A stretch of DNA of 64,000 nt from Paraspadella gotoi (GCA_051294375.1 CM119266.1:12886081-12950080); one strand, 5' to 3'. Positions 1 through 15,053 are shown, numbered from the stretch's first letter. Notes: a model not told the origin generated them from the letters alone. Numbers and translations are program-made.

Positions 1-271
1 ATCGAATTTGAAAAATTTATTCGATTCAGATTAAACTGATTTTCTTGCACAAGGGGGAAACTTTGGAAAATTTTTTTTTTCAGAAAGAATATCGAAATAA
101 AGAAAATGTTTTGGTAACTCCTCAATCCTCATTGGCTTCGGTATTAATAAAAAGCAAAATTACTTCGTTTTCCTCCCTCAGATCGGCGGCAATTGAAAGA
201 ATAATCTAATCAAAAGAAAATCCAGTTTCTTACTATTTTTCATTTTTAATTCTCGCGCGCCCGTCACTCAC

Positions 272-457
272 CCTGTATGTTGCAGAAGTGATGGGCGGCG
301 GCGGCGGCGGCTGGGTGTGATGCAGCGGCCGCGGAGGCGACCTGCGCCGCGGCGGCGGCGGCGTCCATGGCTACCTGGTGCGCCGCCGCTTTGCTCATCG
401 CTGAAGGGGGAAGGGACGTATGGACGGCGACGGCTGCTGCGGCGGCCGCCGAGTAAC
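272..457 (-). CDS. Internal exon of an unidentified Ala/His-rich protein gene
   Basis: ttttcgtcctcag| acceptor, |gtgagt donor, 186 nt phase 1-1; YSAAAAAAVAVHTSLPPSAMSKAAAHQVAMDAAAAAAQVASAAAASHPAAAAAAHHFCNIQ. Confidence 0.65.
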
Positions 458-632
458 CTGAGGACGAAAATGCGCGAAAGGAAAATTTAATTTCAAAATT
501 TTACGATTTTATGATGTAGTAAATTTAATTTAGAGCCAAAGGTCAAACTTTCCATTCAGCTCGGCCGAACTCTTTTTAATCGGGTCCGATCTGTCACGAC
601 GAGTCGGTCACTCCCACGCACTCGCACTCGCA

Positions 633-685
<53 letters not shown>

Positions 686-1174
686 GATTTTGAACGGCGG
701 GGCATTTTTTGAGACCGTGCTTTCGCATGATCGTTCGCCTTTTTTTTTCTCTTTAAAATCGAGGAACTGAATCTCATAAAACAGAGATCCGTCACGTACG
801 CGGTGATCGGGCATCGTCAGTGTCGTCGTTGTCGCCGTCGTCGTCGTCGTTTCGTCAATATGCCATTGAACGGGGCAAACAAGTTCACGCGACCCGCAAA
901 GGCTGAAAATGGGTGACGAGGAGGTCACGTGACAAGGTTGGGCGGGTCAGGTGACGCGCGGGTGGGAAATTCGAGGATGGGAAAGTTTTTCTTTAACCCC
1001 CCTTTGAGTTTTGAGAGAGTTGATTCGCAGCTGAACTCAAAATTGTCGTTTTGTTTTCCAGGACATTTTAAGACCACCAGACAACTAGAAGAAGAAGACG
1101 ACAAGAAGAGTAAGCTTTTTTTTAGTTTGATTTTTGTTTTTCATATTAGTTTTTAATTAAAGACAGGTTCAACC

Positions 1175-1246
1175 AGCAGCGTGGCGCAGTGGGAGCGTGC
1201 TGGGCCCATAACCCAGAGGTCGATGGATCGAAACCATCCGCTGCTA
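1175..1246 (+). tRNA. Initiator tRNA-Met (CAT)
   Basis: AGCAGCGTGGCGCAGTGGGAGCGTGCTGGGCCCATAACCCAGAGGTCGATGGATCGAAACCATCCGCTGCTA: 72 nt, A1-U72 pair, GGG/CCC anticodon stem and GATCGAAA T-loop, all hallmarks of eukaryotic tRNA-iMet. Confidence 0.96.
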
Positions 1247-1353
1247 ACTTATATAAAGCATCACAGAAAGTTGTTAAATTTTTTGTCATTTTCAATTTTT
1301 TTACCTTTTTTTCATAATAAAATGCAACTTCCGGTACCCTTAAAATCTTTTTA

Positions 1354-1392
<39 letters not shown>

Positions 1393-2242
1393 GAAAACTT
1401 TTCGTCCTTCCTTGTTTTGATTAAAAAATCAATTTTCCGTTTCTGGTTTTGTTTTCCCCCGCCACGTGGCACCCGCGCGCCATCCGACGCCGGCGACGAC
1501 ACGTAGCGTCCCCTGTCGGCGGGTGGCGAAGCAATTGAGAACGTGGCGGACGAAGGTGTGGTTGGACTGGAAGGGTGGCGTCGAGTAGGAAAGGGCTGAG
1601 GAGCGTGAAAGTGCCAGAATCGTGGAAGGGGGCGGGGGGGGGGCGAATATTTGGGATGCTTGGGAACCGAAGCGGAATAAACTCTCACGTTGGAACCGAT
1701 ATGGAGGTGAAGTAATATGAAAGGGGGTTGAAGAAAACAACGAGAAATAAGTCACAACTGAATAAGCAATAACAGTGAAAAAAAAGGAAAGAATTCTAAA
1801 CTAAGTACTGAAGAAATTGTTATTACCTATAAAAAATAATGTTAATTAATAAAAAAAAATGCCGGATACACTTGCTATGTAAGATTGAGTTGAACGAATA
1901 GATTCGGCTTCCAAAGCAGAAAAAAAAATTTAAAATCTAAATTTACAAGATTTACCCCCCCCCCCAGAAAAAAGAATTAAGTGTTTAAACGAGCGTGCTA
2001 CGCGCGGGATAGGAATAGCCCGCCGTCGCCGGAGTCAAAGGCGGAAGGATAATCCCCAAAGTGTGGCGGACAATCGGGGAAGAGGAAGAGGAAGAGGATA
2101 GAGGAGTCTGGATGAGGAGGAGGAAGAGAACGAAACGAACGAGGAGGAAGAGGAAGAGGGATAATCCCCGGACAAAAGCATCGATCGCGAGGAGATTTGA
2201 GGGCGAGAGAGATTAGGCTGATGAAGCGGTTCATCCGGTAAT

Positions 2243-2339
2243 GGAGGAAAGGCAGGGGAGGAAGGTGGAAAAGCGAGGGTGGGAAAGGGAGGAAAGGCAG
2301 GGGAGGAAGGTGGAAAAGCGAGGGTGGGAAAGGGAGGAA
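2243..2339 (+). repeat. 45-bp purine-rich tandem duplication
   Basis: GGAGGAAAGGCAGGGGAGGAAGGTGGAAAAGCGAGGGTGGGAAAG twice. Confidence 0.85.
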
Positions 2340-4713
2340 GTTGAAGAGGAAAGAAAAGAGAAAATGGGGAAAAAATTAAGAGAAAAACAAATGAAATACG
2401 GCTGACGAGAAAGAGGAGAGATGGAATGAGAGAAGAATTGAAAGGGAAACTGTGAGAAGAGGAGAAAAGAGGGGAACAAAAAGGATTAAATGAAGCAGCA
2501 ACGTTTGCCATGAAACTTAATCCTTAGAGACCATTTTTTACGGTCAATATGGTACGTTAGTTAAACTGAATAAGGACATGGCATTGGATTTTTAAATGTA
2601 AAAATAGCTAGATATGAAACTAAAATTTAAAATAGTAATTTGCAAAGCGAGAGAGGGATGAAATTGATGAAGAGAACCACCATAACTCGGACGACAAATT
2701 TTTAATTTCGAACCTTTTTTTCACCAAACTCCGCCAGAGTCACGAGACAAAAACCAAAAAAAAAGAGGCGCTCCCACGTTGACACCCGTTGCTAAAGTTG
2801 TTATCGATTAGAGAAAGAGAAAGGAGGGAAAAACAACCGCGATGACATCCAACGCCCCCCTCGCGTTTCGAAGGTAAACAGCGAAAACAAAAGTCAATAA
2901 AACGAAGGTTGGGGCGGAGAAGCATTAAATTGAGAGTTTGGAGGAGAAGGGGGGGAGGAATATGTGAAATGGAAAGCGATGGCTCGACAGGAGAAAAGAA
3001 ACTACGCAATGATCGCATCGGGTAAGGAGGCTTTCCTGTTTCGATGCATTATTGTAACTCACCTTCTCCCTTTAAAAAGCTCTCACCTTCTTTTTTCGTC
3101 TCGGGTCTCCGAACTCGTGTCCGAAACATTGGAAGGTCACGTGCCTCCAAAACNNNNNNNNNNNNNNNNNNNNNNNNNNNNNNNNNNNNNNNNNNNNNNN
3201 NNNNNNNNNNNNNNNNNNNNNNNNNNNNNNNNNNNNNNNNNNNNNNNNNNNNNNNNNNNNNNNNNNNNNNNNNNNNNNNNNNNNNNNNNNNNNNNNNNNN
3301 NNNNNNNNNNNNNNNNNNNNNNNNNNNNNNNNNNNNNNNNNNNNNNNNNNNNNNNNNNNNNNNNNNNNNNNNNNNNNNNNNNNNNNNNNNNNNNNNNNNN
3401 NGAGAGAGAGAGAGAGAGAGAGATTGGGTTCCATGACTTTCACTCGAGTTCCCCGCGGTTCAAGCTCTGTCGATTCTCTTTCAAAGGCATATGGTCCCCG
3501 TCGTCCGTGGCATGCGGTAGCCGTCGTCGTCGTCGTCGTCGTCGTCGTCNNNNNNNNNNNNNNNNNNNNNNNNNNNNNNNNNNNNNNNNNNNNNNNNNNN
3601 NNNNNNNNNNNNNNNNNNNNNNNNNNNNNNNNNNNNNNNNNNNNNNNNNNNNNNNNNNNNNNNNNNNNNNNNNNNNNNNNNNNNNNNNNNNNNNNNNNNN
3701 NNNNNNNNNNNNNNNNNNNNNNNNNNNNNNNNNNNNNNNNNNNNNNNNNNNNNNNNNNNNNNNNNNNNNNNNNNNNNNNNNNNNNNNNNNNNNNNNNNNN
3801 NNNNNNNNNNNNNNNNNNNNNNNNNNNNNNNNNNNNNNNNNNNNNNNNNNNNNNNNNNNNNNNNNNNNNNNAAGGTGTTTAGGGAATACCAGATGGTAGA
3901 AAAAATGGTGAAAGAAACACTTTTATATACAGGATCAACCAGTTTATATATCCCTAATAGCCTAATAGCCTAATAGCCACTATGTCATTCTATATTTTAT
4001 TATTTTTAATTTGCCACCACTACGGTATATGTCCTCTCTCATAAACTCTCATTTATTTTCTTTTTCTTTCTCTCCTTATTCCTATTTTAATTTTTTTTCC
4101 TTCTCAGTCTCCTTCTTTCTCTCCTTTTTCCTCTCCTTCCTTCTCTTCTCTCTTTTCTCCTTCTTCATCTTCTTCCTCTTCTCCTTCTTCATCTTCTTCC
4201 TTTTCTCTTTCCCGTCTTCTCGACCGCGTTTCAATTCAAAGGCCATTCGTGCTCTGAGTTCTGATGAGAAGGATGAGGAATGTCTCGGGTGGCGGTTGCG
4301 ACAGCAGCGTCGCCGCCGGCCTGAGAGATGAGGGGTTGGTNNNNNNNNNNNNNNNNNAAAGGATCGTTTTACTCTCGTTTGAGAATCGAATGAATTAGCG
4401 ATGAATTCGTTATTGATCTTCGTTGGGAGAGAGCGGTGGTGATGGTGGCGGTAGAGGTGGTGGTGGTGGAAACTGGTGAGGACAGTCGGGTGGCGGGAAG
4501 GGATGGCTCAAACCAGAGTGCTGGATGTTTTAAAAATGAAAAGAAAGAAAAAAAAATATTTAAAAAAAAATTTCGGTAAAAGAAAAACAAATTGAAAAAG
4601 AAAAAAAAGGAAAAAGAAGAGGGATCAAGATGGTGACGATATTCTTGGTAATTCTCTTTCCACTCAATCCCGAGGTTAATGGAGTTAATGGGAAAATCAA
4701 GTCCCCCATTTCA

Positions 4714-4748
<35 letters not shown>

Positions 4749-5503
4749 NNNNNNNNNNNNNNNNNNNNNNNNNTGGAGAGAGAGTGATGTGAATTCGAAG
4801 GAGAGACTTTCAAATGAGAGATTTTCTCAGAGAGAGAGAGAGATGAAGAGAGAGAGTGAGAGGGAGAGAGAGCGAAACAGAAGAAGATGATGAGAAGAGG
4901 AAGAAGACAGAGAGAGCAAAAGAGAGGTGACAGGAGAGAGAGAGAGCCTGAAATAGGGCGGACTGATTTTGCATTAACCCTCCTTATTAACCTCGGATTG
5001 GCAGTGGAAAAGAGATTACCAAGAATATTCGTCAACCTATCTTGTTCCCTCTTCTTTTTCCTTTTTTTCTTTTCAATTTGTTTTACCGATTTAAATTTGT
5101 CTTTCTTTCATATTTTCATTTCGTTCATATAGTTTTTTTCTTTTTTAACATGAAAGATATATTATGTACTAAACCCACTTTCTACTCCACATCTTTGGTT
5201 TGAGCCCATCCCTTCCTGCGCACGACTGTCCTCTTACCAGTTCCACACCTCACCCTTACTGCTCTAGCCGACACCATCCGCACCTCTCTCCAACGTAAGT
5301 ATCCAATTACGAAATTCATCTGCTAATTCATTCGATTCTCAATATCGAGAAGTTAAAACGATCCTTAACTTTCTTCTTAATTCCGCCTTGCAAAATTCAC
5401 TGAAATTCTCGAAGAGAAAGAAATTAGAAGATGATGAGAGAGAAGAGAGAGAGAGAGAGATGAATCTGAGATGATGCAGGACCAAGCGAGAGACGAGAGC
5501 GAT

Positions 5504-5541
<38 letters not shown>

Positions 5542-6276
5542 GAGCAGACTAGAGAGAGAAAGTGGCATGCAAAGAAAACAGTAAAGTTTTAGTATCTATT
5601 AATCGTCACAACAAAATATTACGCGTAGTCAAGTAATTCCAGCGCTCCTCTTACTAAACTAATCACCAGTTCACCAGGAATCCACACAATCCCAACCCAA
5701 CTTCTAATCAAGCTACACGTCGGCGGCGACGCTGCTAGTCTCACCAGCGCCACGAGACTAGTATCCGTCATCACAATATCACTCAATCAGATAAATTGGC
5801 ACACAGGAATGTCTCTTGAATTCTTGAACGAGAAGATGACGGAGAAGGAGAAAAGGAAAGAAGATGAAGAAGAAGAAAAAGAAGGAGACGGAGAAGGAGA
5901 AAAGAAAGAAGAGAAGGAAGCGGAGAGGAAAAAGGAGAGAAAGAAAGAAGAGAGGACAGAAAAGAGAGAGAAGAATAAAAATTAAAAGAGGATACGGAGA
6001 TAAGGGAAAAAATAAATAAGAGTTGAAAGGATATACCGATCGGTGGTGGCAAATTAAAAAGGAATAGAAATATAGGCATTAGCATATTAAACTGGTTGAT
6101 CCGTAAAGTATAAAAGTGTTTCTTTACAACCAATTCTTATTCTTACCTTTCTGGATAGACTTCTCTTGACATATAAAAGACGCTTTGTCACATGTGGTAA
6201 CTCATACGAATCCATCACTTTATGTCTAATCATACTGTGTCTCCTTCTTCTTACTTCTTCTCTCCTCTACTCCATG

Positions 6277-6312
<36 letters not shown>

Positions 6313-9300
6313 CTTCCTTCCCCATTACTTTTTTCCATCCAGTGAAAGAGAGCACAGCTTTCCTTCTTCTCCGTGTCTTTCTTTCTTCCTCCGATTTTCC
6401 GTCTTTCCTTCCCTCCTTTCCTTTCCTCCGTCATTTGGCTGACTCTCTCTCTCTCTCTCTCTCTCCTCGCACCATGAAACGTCAATATGGTGCCGCGGGA
6501 GACGAGGGAAGGGAATAGGGAGAGGGAGAGTGAGAGGGAGCGGGCGTAAAGGGTAAAAGGAGAAAGGGTTTTTCTCTCGCACGAAATCGCGTAGCGCGAA
6601 ATCCTGAAATTATTTTTCCACTGCGCCAGCGTAGCGTAATGATTTCGTTCATCCAGCGACGATACGCTGCTTATATTATGTTAATAAGCCACGCACAATA
6701 ATTTGACAAGGGAAAGGATATTTTTCTTTTGCCACTCGAACCGCCGGGCCTTGTGGGTTGCACCGCTTACGTCGCGCACCGCAGCGTAGCGTGAAATTTC
6801 CCCTCCCCAGCTCGGCGAACTACCCACCGGCGCCTCCCTTCCTTTGTGGACACAAGAAATTGAGAATCGGACGGAAAACCGAAACCTCATAAAATCTCGT
6901 GATTGTCGTCTTTGTGAGAAGATGGTCGGATTGTGTGAGGGTGAACGAACGAGGATATTGTGAATAATGAGTATATTCGTCGAAATTGTCAAGTGTATCT
7001 TTTTGAAATTTAATTCTTAAAGTCTTTCGGAAATCTCACATGTTAAGACATCAATGTAACTATTCCAGCTGGGCTAACGCGTTAGGACGGGCGATAGCAA
7101 ATAGGGTCAGGCTCAAAGGTCGGTGACTGAAATCGCTCACGAGAGGCGCTGGCGGTCAATCGGAAAAGCGAGGTGGTGGTAGGGGGGGGGCAGGGCGATA
7201 GCAATCGGGGTTAAGTGAGGGTCAGGGGGTGGCGGAGCAGGGGTGGGTGAGGATTGAGGGAGTAAAGATAAGGCAAAGGCTAACGGAAAAGAAAAAAAGC
7301 CATTGAAGGCTTTAGTACATTGAAGATCAAAAAGGTTCGTGGTACAGAAAACGAATAAATTCACATAATATTAGAAGAAAGAAAGAAGAATAAAGACTAA
7401 AATCTCCTTGTTAAACTTTCGGCGTCGAAGGGTCACGAAGAATGGGGTCATCGTCAGAGATGGAGCCACTTATCTCAATGCTTGGACCTGGAGAGAGATA
7501 GAGAGGTCAAGACCCGAGAAGCAGGATGAGAACTATCAAAACAAGGAAAGGCTTGGCCTAGGCAAGCAAGGGAAAGACATGGCCAGACGAGGAAAGACAA
7601 GTTGTTTCCCTCAGATGCGGTTATTTTCTGTTTGCGATGTTTTTCGTGTTTGTGCTCAACATCCAGCGTTTATCACGTGCCTCAGCAGAAAAATATGAAG
7701 AGTCCAAAGTTTGTTTGTTTTTCTTTGTTTTTAGTTTCCTTTTTGTTTTTCGTTTATTTAGATTTACGAACAAATAAATTATTGAGAGAGAGAGAGAGAG
7801 AGAGAGAGAAGACGAGGAGAGAGAGAGCGAGAGAGAGAGAGAGCAGAGAGAGAGAGAGAGAGAGAGAGACACGAAGGGATCAGTCAGACTAAGATGATAT
7901 ATTCGATCGATATTTTTAAGAAAGTGAACAAATTAAACAAAACCCTCAGAAAAAAAAAAGAAGAAAATCCTGGAACAATCGTCTCGTCACGTCGTCGACT
8001 CAATCACGACCCATCATCCATCCAATCGATCACGCGACCGACCTTGTGGTCAATCCCGATCACGTGATTACAAAATTTTTTTCTTCGCTTTCGCCCTTCC
8101 GCACGCGAGAAAGAGAGAGAGAGCGAGAGAGCGAGAAAGAGAGAGAGAGACATGACCAATTCCGAAGGCGCGAAAAAAAGGAGAGTGAGAGCGATTGAAA
8201 AGAAAAAACCGTCGGACCAAAGAAAAAGAAAGAAAGAAAAAGCAGTGAATGAAAAGAAATCCGCCGCCAGCCGTGTTTGACCATCGTCTTCCCTTTTNNN
8301 NNNNNNNNNNNNNNNNNNNNNNNNNNNNNNNNNNNNNNNNNNNNNNNNNNNNNNNNNNNNNNNNNNNNNNNNNNNNNNNNNNNNNNNNNNNNNNNNNNNN
8401 NNNNNNNNNNNNNNNNNNNNNNNNNNNNNNNNNNNNNNNNNNNNNNNNNNNNNNNNNNNNNNNNNNNNNNNNNNNNNNNNNNNNNNNNNNNNNNNNNNNN
8501 NNNNNNNNNNNNNNNNNNNNNNNNNNNNNNNNNNNNNNNNNNNNNNNNNNNNNNNNNNNNNNNNNNNNNNNNNNNNNNNNNNNNNNNNNNNNNNNNNNNN
8601 NNNNNNNNNNNNNNNNNNNNNNNNNNNNNNNNNNNNNNNNNNNNNNNNNNNNNNNNNNNNNNNNNNNNNNNNNNNNNNNNNNNNNNNNNNNNNNNNNNNN
8701 NNNNNNNNNNNNNNNNNNNNNNNNNNNNNNNNNNNNNNNNNNNNNNNNNNNNNNNNNNNNNNNNNNNNNNNNNNNNNNNNNNNNNNNNNNNNNNNNNNNN
8801 NNNNNNNNNNNNNNNNNNNNNNNNNNNNNNNNNNNNNNNNNNNNNNNNNNNNNNNNNNNNNNNNNNNNNNNNNNNNNNNNNNNNNNNNNNNNNNTTTCGT
8901 CGTCGTTTACAGTCTCGTCGTGTCGTCGTCGTGTCGTTGTTGTTTTGTCGTCGTTTCGTCGTTGTTTCGTCGTCGTTTAAGTCATGTCTAGTCGTCGTGG
9001 TTTTATTGTCGTTTTGTCGTTCTTCGTTTTTGTTCCGTTGCGTTCTTTATATGTCGTTGTCATCATGTGTTAGCGGTGTTTTGAAAATCATTGTAATTAT
9101 TTTGCTGCCGTTAATTTACATTAAGTCACTTATTGTTGTCGTTTCAGATAACATTGTGCCATTGATCTCGTTGTATTATTCCCGTTGAGTTTCAACCTTC
9201 GTCCATCTCCTTTTTTTTTCGTATTCAAAATTGTTTTTCACTTTTCTAGTCGTCATATTTCGTCGGGTTAACTAATCCTAGGCATCGTCATCGTCGTCAT

Positions 9301-9741
9301 AATCGTCGTCGTCATCGTCACCGTTCATTTCGTCTTTTGGGCGCACGTCGCCCGAGAAAATGAAGCGGAGAGGAAGAGCCTAAAAGCCTCTGCCTCCTCC
9401 GACGGCAAACAGGGACGAACGGTTGGAGGATTTAAAGAGCGACGCTAATTGGGTGGGGTTGAGGAGTTTTAAGAATCTGGAGCCGGGTGAGTGGAGCGGA
9501 ATGAGAAGGAGGATTGAGTGGAGTGGAGCCGTTGATTGAGTGGAGTAAGCTTTGGAAAGCATCTACTATGAAGCCTTTGATGGTTAATTTTATTTCGAAA
9601 TTTGCAATGCTTTGCAACGCAATTTCACGTAGCATAAAACTAATAAAGAGTCAATATCTTGTCTGTATGAAAACATAGTATAACGTAATAATATTGTAGA
9701 AACAATAGTCCATCACTTATTTACATTCTGACCTAACTCAC

Positions 9742-9810
9742 TTTGTGTGGACGGAGGCATCGTCGTATGCGCGCTCGGAGGCCAAGGAGGGCTCTTGGCG
9801 TAGCTGGGAT
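9742..9810 (-). CDS. Small exon, probably the same minus-strand gene
   Basis: Long pyrimidine tract then cttcag|, donor |gtgagt, 69 nt phase 1-1; (D)PSYAKSPPWPPSAHTTMPPSTQ. Phase-compatible with exon 272-457. Confidence 0.55.
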
Positions 9811-10620
9811 CTGAAGAAAGGAGGGAAGAGAAAAAGGAAATTATAACTAATGTCAAAATGTGTTTATTTAATGTTAAAAATACACGTACATATGAGGAAT
9901 GATGGAGAAAGTTTCATCTTTTTTCAGTAACATCGTCATCAGCATCAACCCCATTCCTTTCCATTCCTCCAAAGCAGAGATTTCTCGATAAAACAAAAAA
10001 GAGAGAGAAAAAAGAAAGAGAAATGGTTGGCATATGAATCATAGGCTAAGATTCGTCGCGTAATGGAATGAGATCACGAACAAGCCCTTTCGGCGAGCAG
10101 GCGAATTCATCACGGAGTCGAGCACGGCTTTCTTTCATTTGAAAACGTTTTTTTAATTTAAATTTATTTCTAGTTTTTAAACGTAACTAACATTATTTTG
10201 AAAAAATTCTACTGATTTTTATGTTTCAATACGTTCATATAATTTATATTATGGACATTTTTATTTCATAATCAGATGTTAAATTGTACGTAAAGTTTGA
10301 TACTTTCCTTTGATCACGCACGAGCTTTACTTTTAGTTTTCAAAGAATTTCCTTGTTTCCATTATTCTCTTCCTCCTCCTCCTCCTCCTCTTCCTCCTTC
10401 CCGATCCTCCCACGTTTCTCCCTTCCTTCCTCACCCAAATCGGTCTGGCCCCTCCCCTTCCCCCGATTCCCCCTTTCTCTTTCTTTCGCCAAATTCGGTC
10501 TGGGCCCTCCCCTCTCCTCCTCCTCCTCCTCCTCTCCTCCAATCCTTTCCTCTCTTTCTCTCCTTTTCGCAGTACTGTCTCTCCTCTTTGCTGCTCTCAA
10601 CGCGCATTCGCCGTGTCCTA

Positions 10621-10653
<33 letters not shown>

Positions 10654-12039
10654 TCTATCTCTTCTCTCGTCATTCTCTCTCTCTTTCTCTCCTCTCTTTC
10701 ACCCCGTAACCTTAATCTCCGTGCCCGGTCGTCGAGCCACGCCCCCTCGCGAGCGCTCGCGATCTCGATCGATCTCCGCCCAAATCGGGCAGGGGCAAAT
10801 CCCATCGAATACATTCGACCCATTTCCCACCCGATACCTCACCAAAATTAGCCACCCAAAGCCCTGCAACCACCCTCCCGTCTTCCGTCTCTCGTTCCGT
10901 CCGGAATTAGGCCTTTCAATTGTTCGGATTTTTAACTCATCCGTGAATTTTATCGAAAGTCGATTTTTGACCTCAATATTGTCCGGTTTTATTGTAAAAA
11001 TGTGAGCTGCAAGTATGACCAGTTTCGGATTGGTGAGTCAGTAACTAGATATCTTAACTATTAGTTATTAACTGTCAACTGTTAACTATTAAATACCAAA
11101 TATTACTATTGTCATTGTATCTAAATCTTATCTTTTCACAACTAAATATAATTCGTTTGAAAATTAGCAAAAGACTCGCCAAAAGCCGTTCGGGGAGGAG
11201 GTAAGAGAAAGTCTAATGCAGCAAGAAGAATTGGGAGAGCCTAGCTTAAGTAGATGTAGAAGTATAGACGATAGAAAATACGAATAAGCGGGGACCCGAA
11301 TGACCGAATGGGGAATCAGGAAAGGATTTTGAGGAAGGAAGAGAATGTCTCATCTTGGAAACGAAGAGACAATGTCAATGGAGTAAGAAGAAAAAACAGT
11401 GAGAGTGAAAAGTATGAAAAGGATAAAAAGAACAGGACAGGGAGAGTGACGACGCAGTGACAGCGACGACGACGACGACGCCGAAAACGACGCCAACGAC
11501 GACGGTGACACCGACGGTGGCGCGGATTCGCCGAAAAGTCACGTCGCTTCTCCAAATCCCGAATTTGTTTCACATTTCGAATTTTGAACGGAGAACGAAA
11601 AAGATGGAATAAAGCGCAAACAAGCTCTCTTCTCCGCTTGGCGAAACGGAGAGTAGTTGGAATAGGGGATGGGGTGGGGAGGTAGGGGTGGAGGAATCGG
11701 TGGCGATGGAGGGGTGGGGGGTGAGTGGGAATCGTCAAAGGACAACTCCGGTATCAAATTTCGTCAGCGAACTGGAGGATGGAATTTGTGAAAAGAACGA
11801 TGATTCACGGAATTTGTAACCTTTTTTTTTTATAAAACGTCATAGTAAGTCACAATGTGACTGCGTTTAAATACTAATAATAAGATCTTCCATCGTTTAT
11901 CTGCCATCGTCGTCGTCGTCGTCTTTAGCGTCATCCCTGCAGCGAGCAACTTCCAAGAAGAAAGATAAATCTGTTTTCCAGACAGGCTGTTATCTCTTCG
12001 TAAGATGAAACCATAAGTTGAAGGTCAAAGGATGGGGGG

Positions 12040-12117
<78 letters not shown>

Positions 12118-12778
12118 GAGACAGAGAGAGAGAGAGGAAGGAAAGGGAATCTGTAAAAGAGGAAACGAGGCAGAGGAGGAGGAGGAGAACGAGGAAGCGC
12201 CGGTCTAGAGCTTGCGCGGTCCGCGCCGGAAGTCGCTCCAGTCTCCGCGGCGACAGCAGCGGCAGTAGCGTCCGTCTCGGCAGCCGCGACGCGGCGGCGA
12301 CAGCGGCGTCGACCCGGGGAGGAAACGGGGAGGAAGAGCGGAGGAAGGAAGGAGGAAGGAAGAGGAAACCCGGTTACCAAGAGAACAGCAAATACTGCAG
12401 AAAAAAATCGAATAAAAAATGGGAGAAAGAATTTCGAAGTGGAAGCGGAATATAAAAGAGGAAAAAAATGGGAGAGGAAAGAAATTCAATTTGCAAAGAG
12501 GAAATGAAGCGAAGGGAGTAACCGGCCCCGGGAAAAATCCGACGGCGGAGCGTTACCAGAATGAGAGCCATGGGATGAACGCACAACGCCGTTCACGTAT
12601 CGAAAATCCATTTTAATAATAAAATGAAAACGATCGAATTTGATCTTCAAAAAGTGGGAAAATGATAAATGATATGTAAAATAGGGTTTAAATTATCATT
12701 TTTGTTATTTTCGTAGATGGTTGAAATAAGCAAACTTTTTTAAAATAATCACCAGGGATTTCATCAAAAGGGTAAGAT

Positions 12779-12844
<66 letters not shown>

Positions 12845-14332
12845 GAGAGAGAGGAGATTTGAGAAGACGAAGAGAGAGAGAGATTTCGTGAGGCGGCGCT
12901 TTTTCTGCAGACGGATCAATTTTTTCTTCTTTTCTCGTTTTTCGACGGCGACGAATTTCCCCCGGTTTTCTCCCGTCCTCCGATTCATTTCCTTCCTGAC
13001 TTTTTTCGTTTCAGCCTCGTCCGTCACCTTCGCCGCCGCTCGCCTCTCAAAAGTCCGTAAAAAGGGTAAGGCAGAGGGTAAGGGCTCGAGACTTTTTGAC
13101 AGGCGGGAATTGGAGAATAGAGATTGTGTTAGATTTAGTTTTAAAATACAAACATCTGAATTGAAATATTCTGATCAGCAAGCTAGTGTATATATTTTTA
13201 AAGCTTTGTTGCTCACTCGTAATCATAATTGTAACTGCAAATACAGCTACGTAGCAATTCTACGTACATACATCTTCGATTAGCGATTCTAGCAACTTTC
13301 AAACCTTGACAAATGAGCCGCGAATTTTCGAGTCTAAGTAATCTTTTGAAAGCATTTCGACGCTCCTTTTTACCAGCGTGACAAATCATGGTCCCCGCGA
13401 AGGTTAAAACCGATGACGGTGTCAACGGCGCCACTCTCGCGTCGGAAACGAGAAAAACAAATGAATCGCAGAAACAAAAGGCGTCGTTTAATCCTAAAGG
13501 GGAAGAGATTCGTCGAAAAAAAACAACGAAAAAGGAACTGAAAGACCATTAAAAACCTTAATAAAAACGAAGGAAGAAAAGGAGACGATCGATTCTGAGC
13601 TGCGTTTTCTTTTTGACCGAGGATCAATGACTTTGAAATGTCCGATGAAGGGGAGGGACAGGAAGGCATATTTACTCTTTCAAAACGCAGTCGCCCTGTA
13701 GTTCCAGGAAAATGCATAGCTCCGCTCTTTCATCGTTGTCTTTACGAAGGACGAGAAGCTGTGACAACGTCGCTGTCTTGCCATCAAAGCAGTCACCCCG
13801 ACTTGAGCTCATCTGGGAGTGCATTGATAAAGGGAATGCCGACCAGATTTAGTCTTATAATTTTAAATCTCTGAATTCAAAGAATAGAATGTATATTTTT
13901 CCGAGTGGTCTTCTATTCCAAGTCGTAATAATATCACCGACCATACTCCAAGTTAAGATCAGTAATAAAAGCGAAAAAACAAGAGCAAGAGAAACATCAG
14001 CCACAATCAGTGAAAACAAGAACCGCATTGCGTTTATTCTTTCGTCTTGTTCCACTTTTTCTCGGATTTCTGCGAAACGTCGTCGCTTTATCGGTCGTCG
14101 TCATTGTCGTCGTTATTGTCGTCGTAGTCGACGTCCCCATCGTTAAAAAAAAAAGAAAAAGAAAAAAACCTTTTAAGAATTTTTTCTTTTTGCTTCCGAT
14201 GGAAATCTTTAAAAAAAAAAGAAAGAAAAGCGTTGGTGACGCAGCGTCTCATGCGACCGCTCCACGTCATCCCTCGCTCGACTCACGTCATCACGACGAG
14301 AGAGCGGAGACGATGAGAGAGAGTAGAGAGAG

Positions 14333-14398
<66 letters not shown>

Positions 14399-14965
14399 GA
14401 GACGGGCACGCAAAAGACGCCAAAGACTTAAGGGATCGGTCGCGCCAAAGACGAAGGGAGACGAAGGGCGGACACGTGGCGTTTGAAAGCGACACCGTGG
14501 AGAGAACGCGGTCGGGAAACTGAAGCCGGATCGCTTGGAAAAGAAAAAAAAACGGATGGAGCGGGGGGGTGGGGGGGGTTGCGATGGGCGAGGGGAGGTT
14601 AAAGAAGAAAATGAAAGTAGGAAATTCGGATCCTTGACATTTGATCCAAGTTTTTATATCTCTGAGATCTGGACTAGTCAGTATGACAGAGATTACGAAA
14701 AAAAAAACAATATTTGTTACTCGTAACTGTTATCTGTCAAATTACATTATTTGTTTGTCAAACTTGATATTTATGTAATTGACTGATGAATTCTAAACTG
14801 GGATTTTTATTTTCAAAACAATCTCTTTGAACAAGAAAAGTACAAACTCTTCTGTTTTTCAGCTTGTTTGTTTTGTTTATCTTTGTAATCGAGTTTTTTT
14901 CCGCCCCCGCGCTTCCTGAAAGTGCGAAAATGTTTTTTCCTTTTTTCTATCTTTCTTTTTAGGAT

Positions 14966-15021
<56 letters not shown>

Positions 15022-15022
15022 G

Positions 15023-15053
<31 letters not shown>

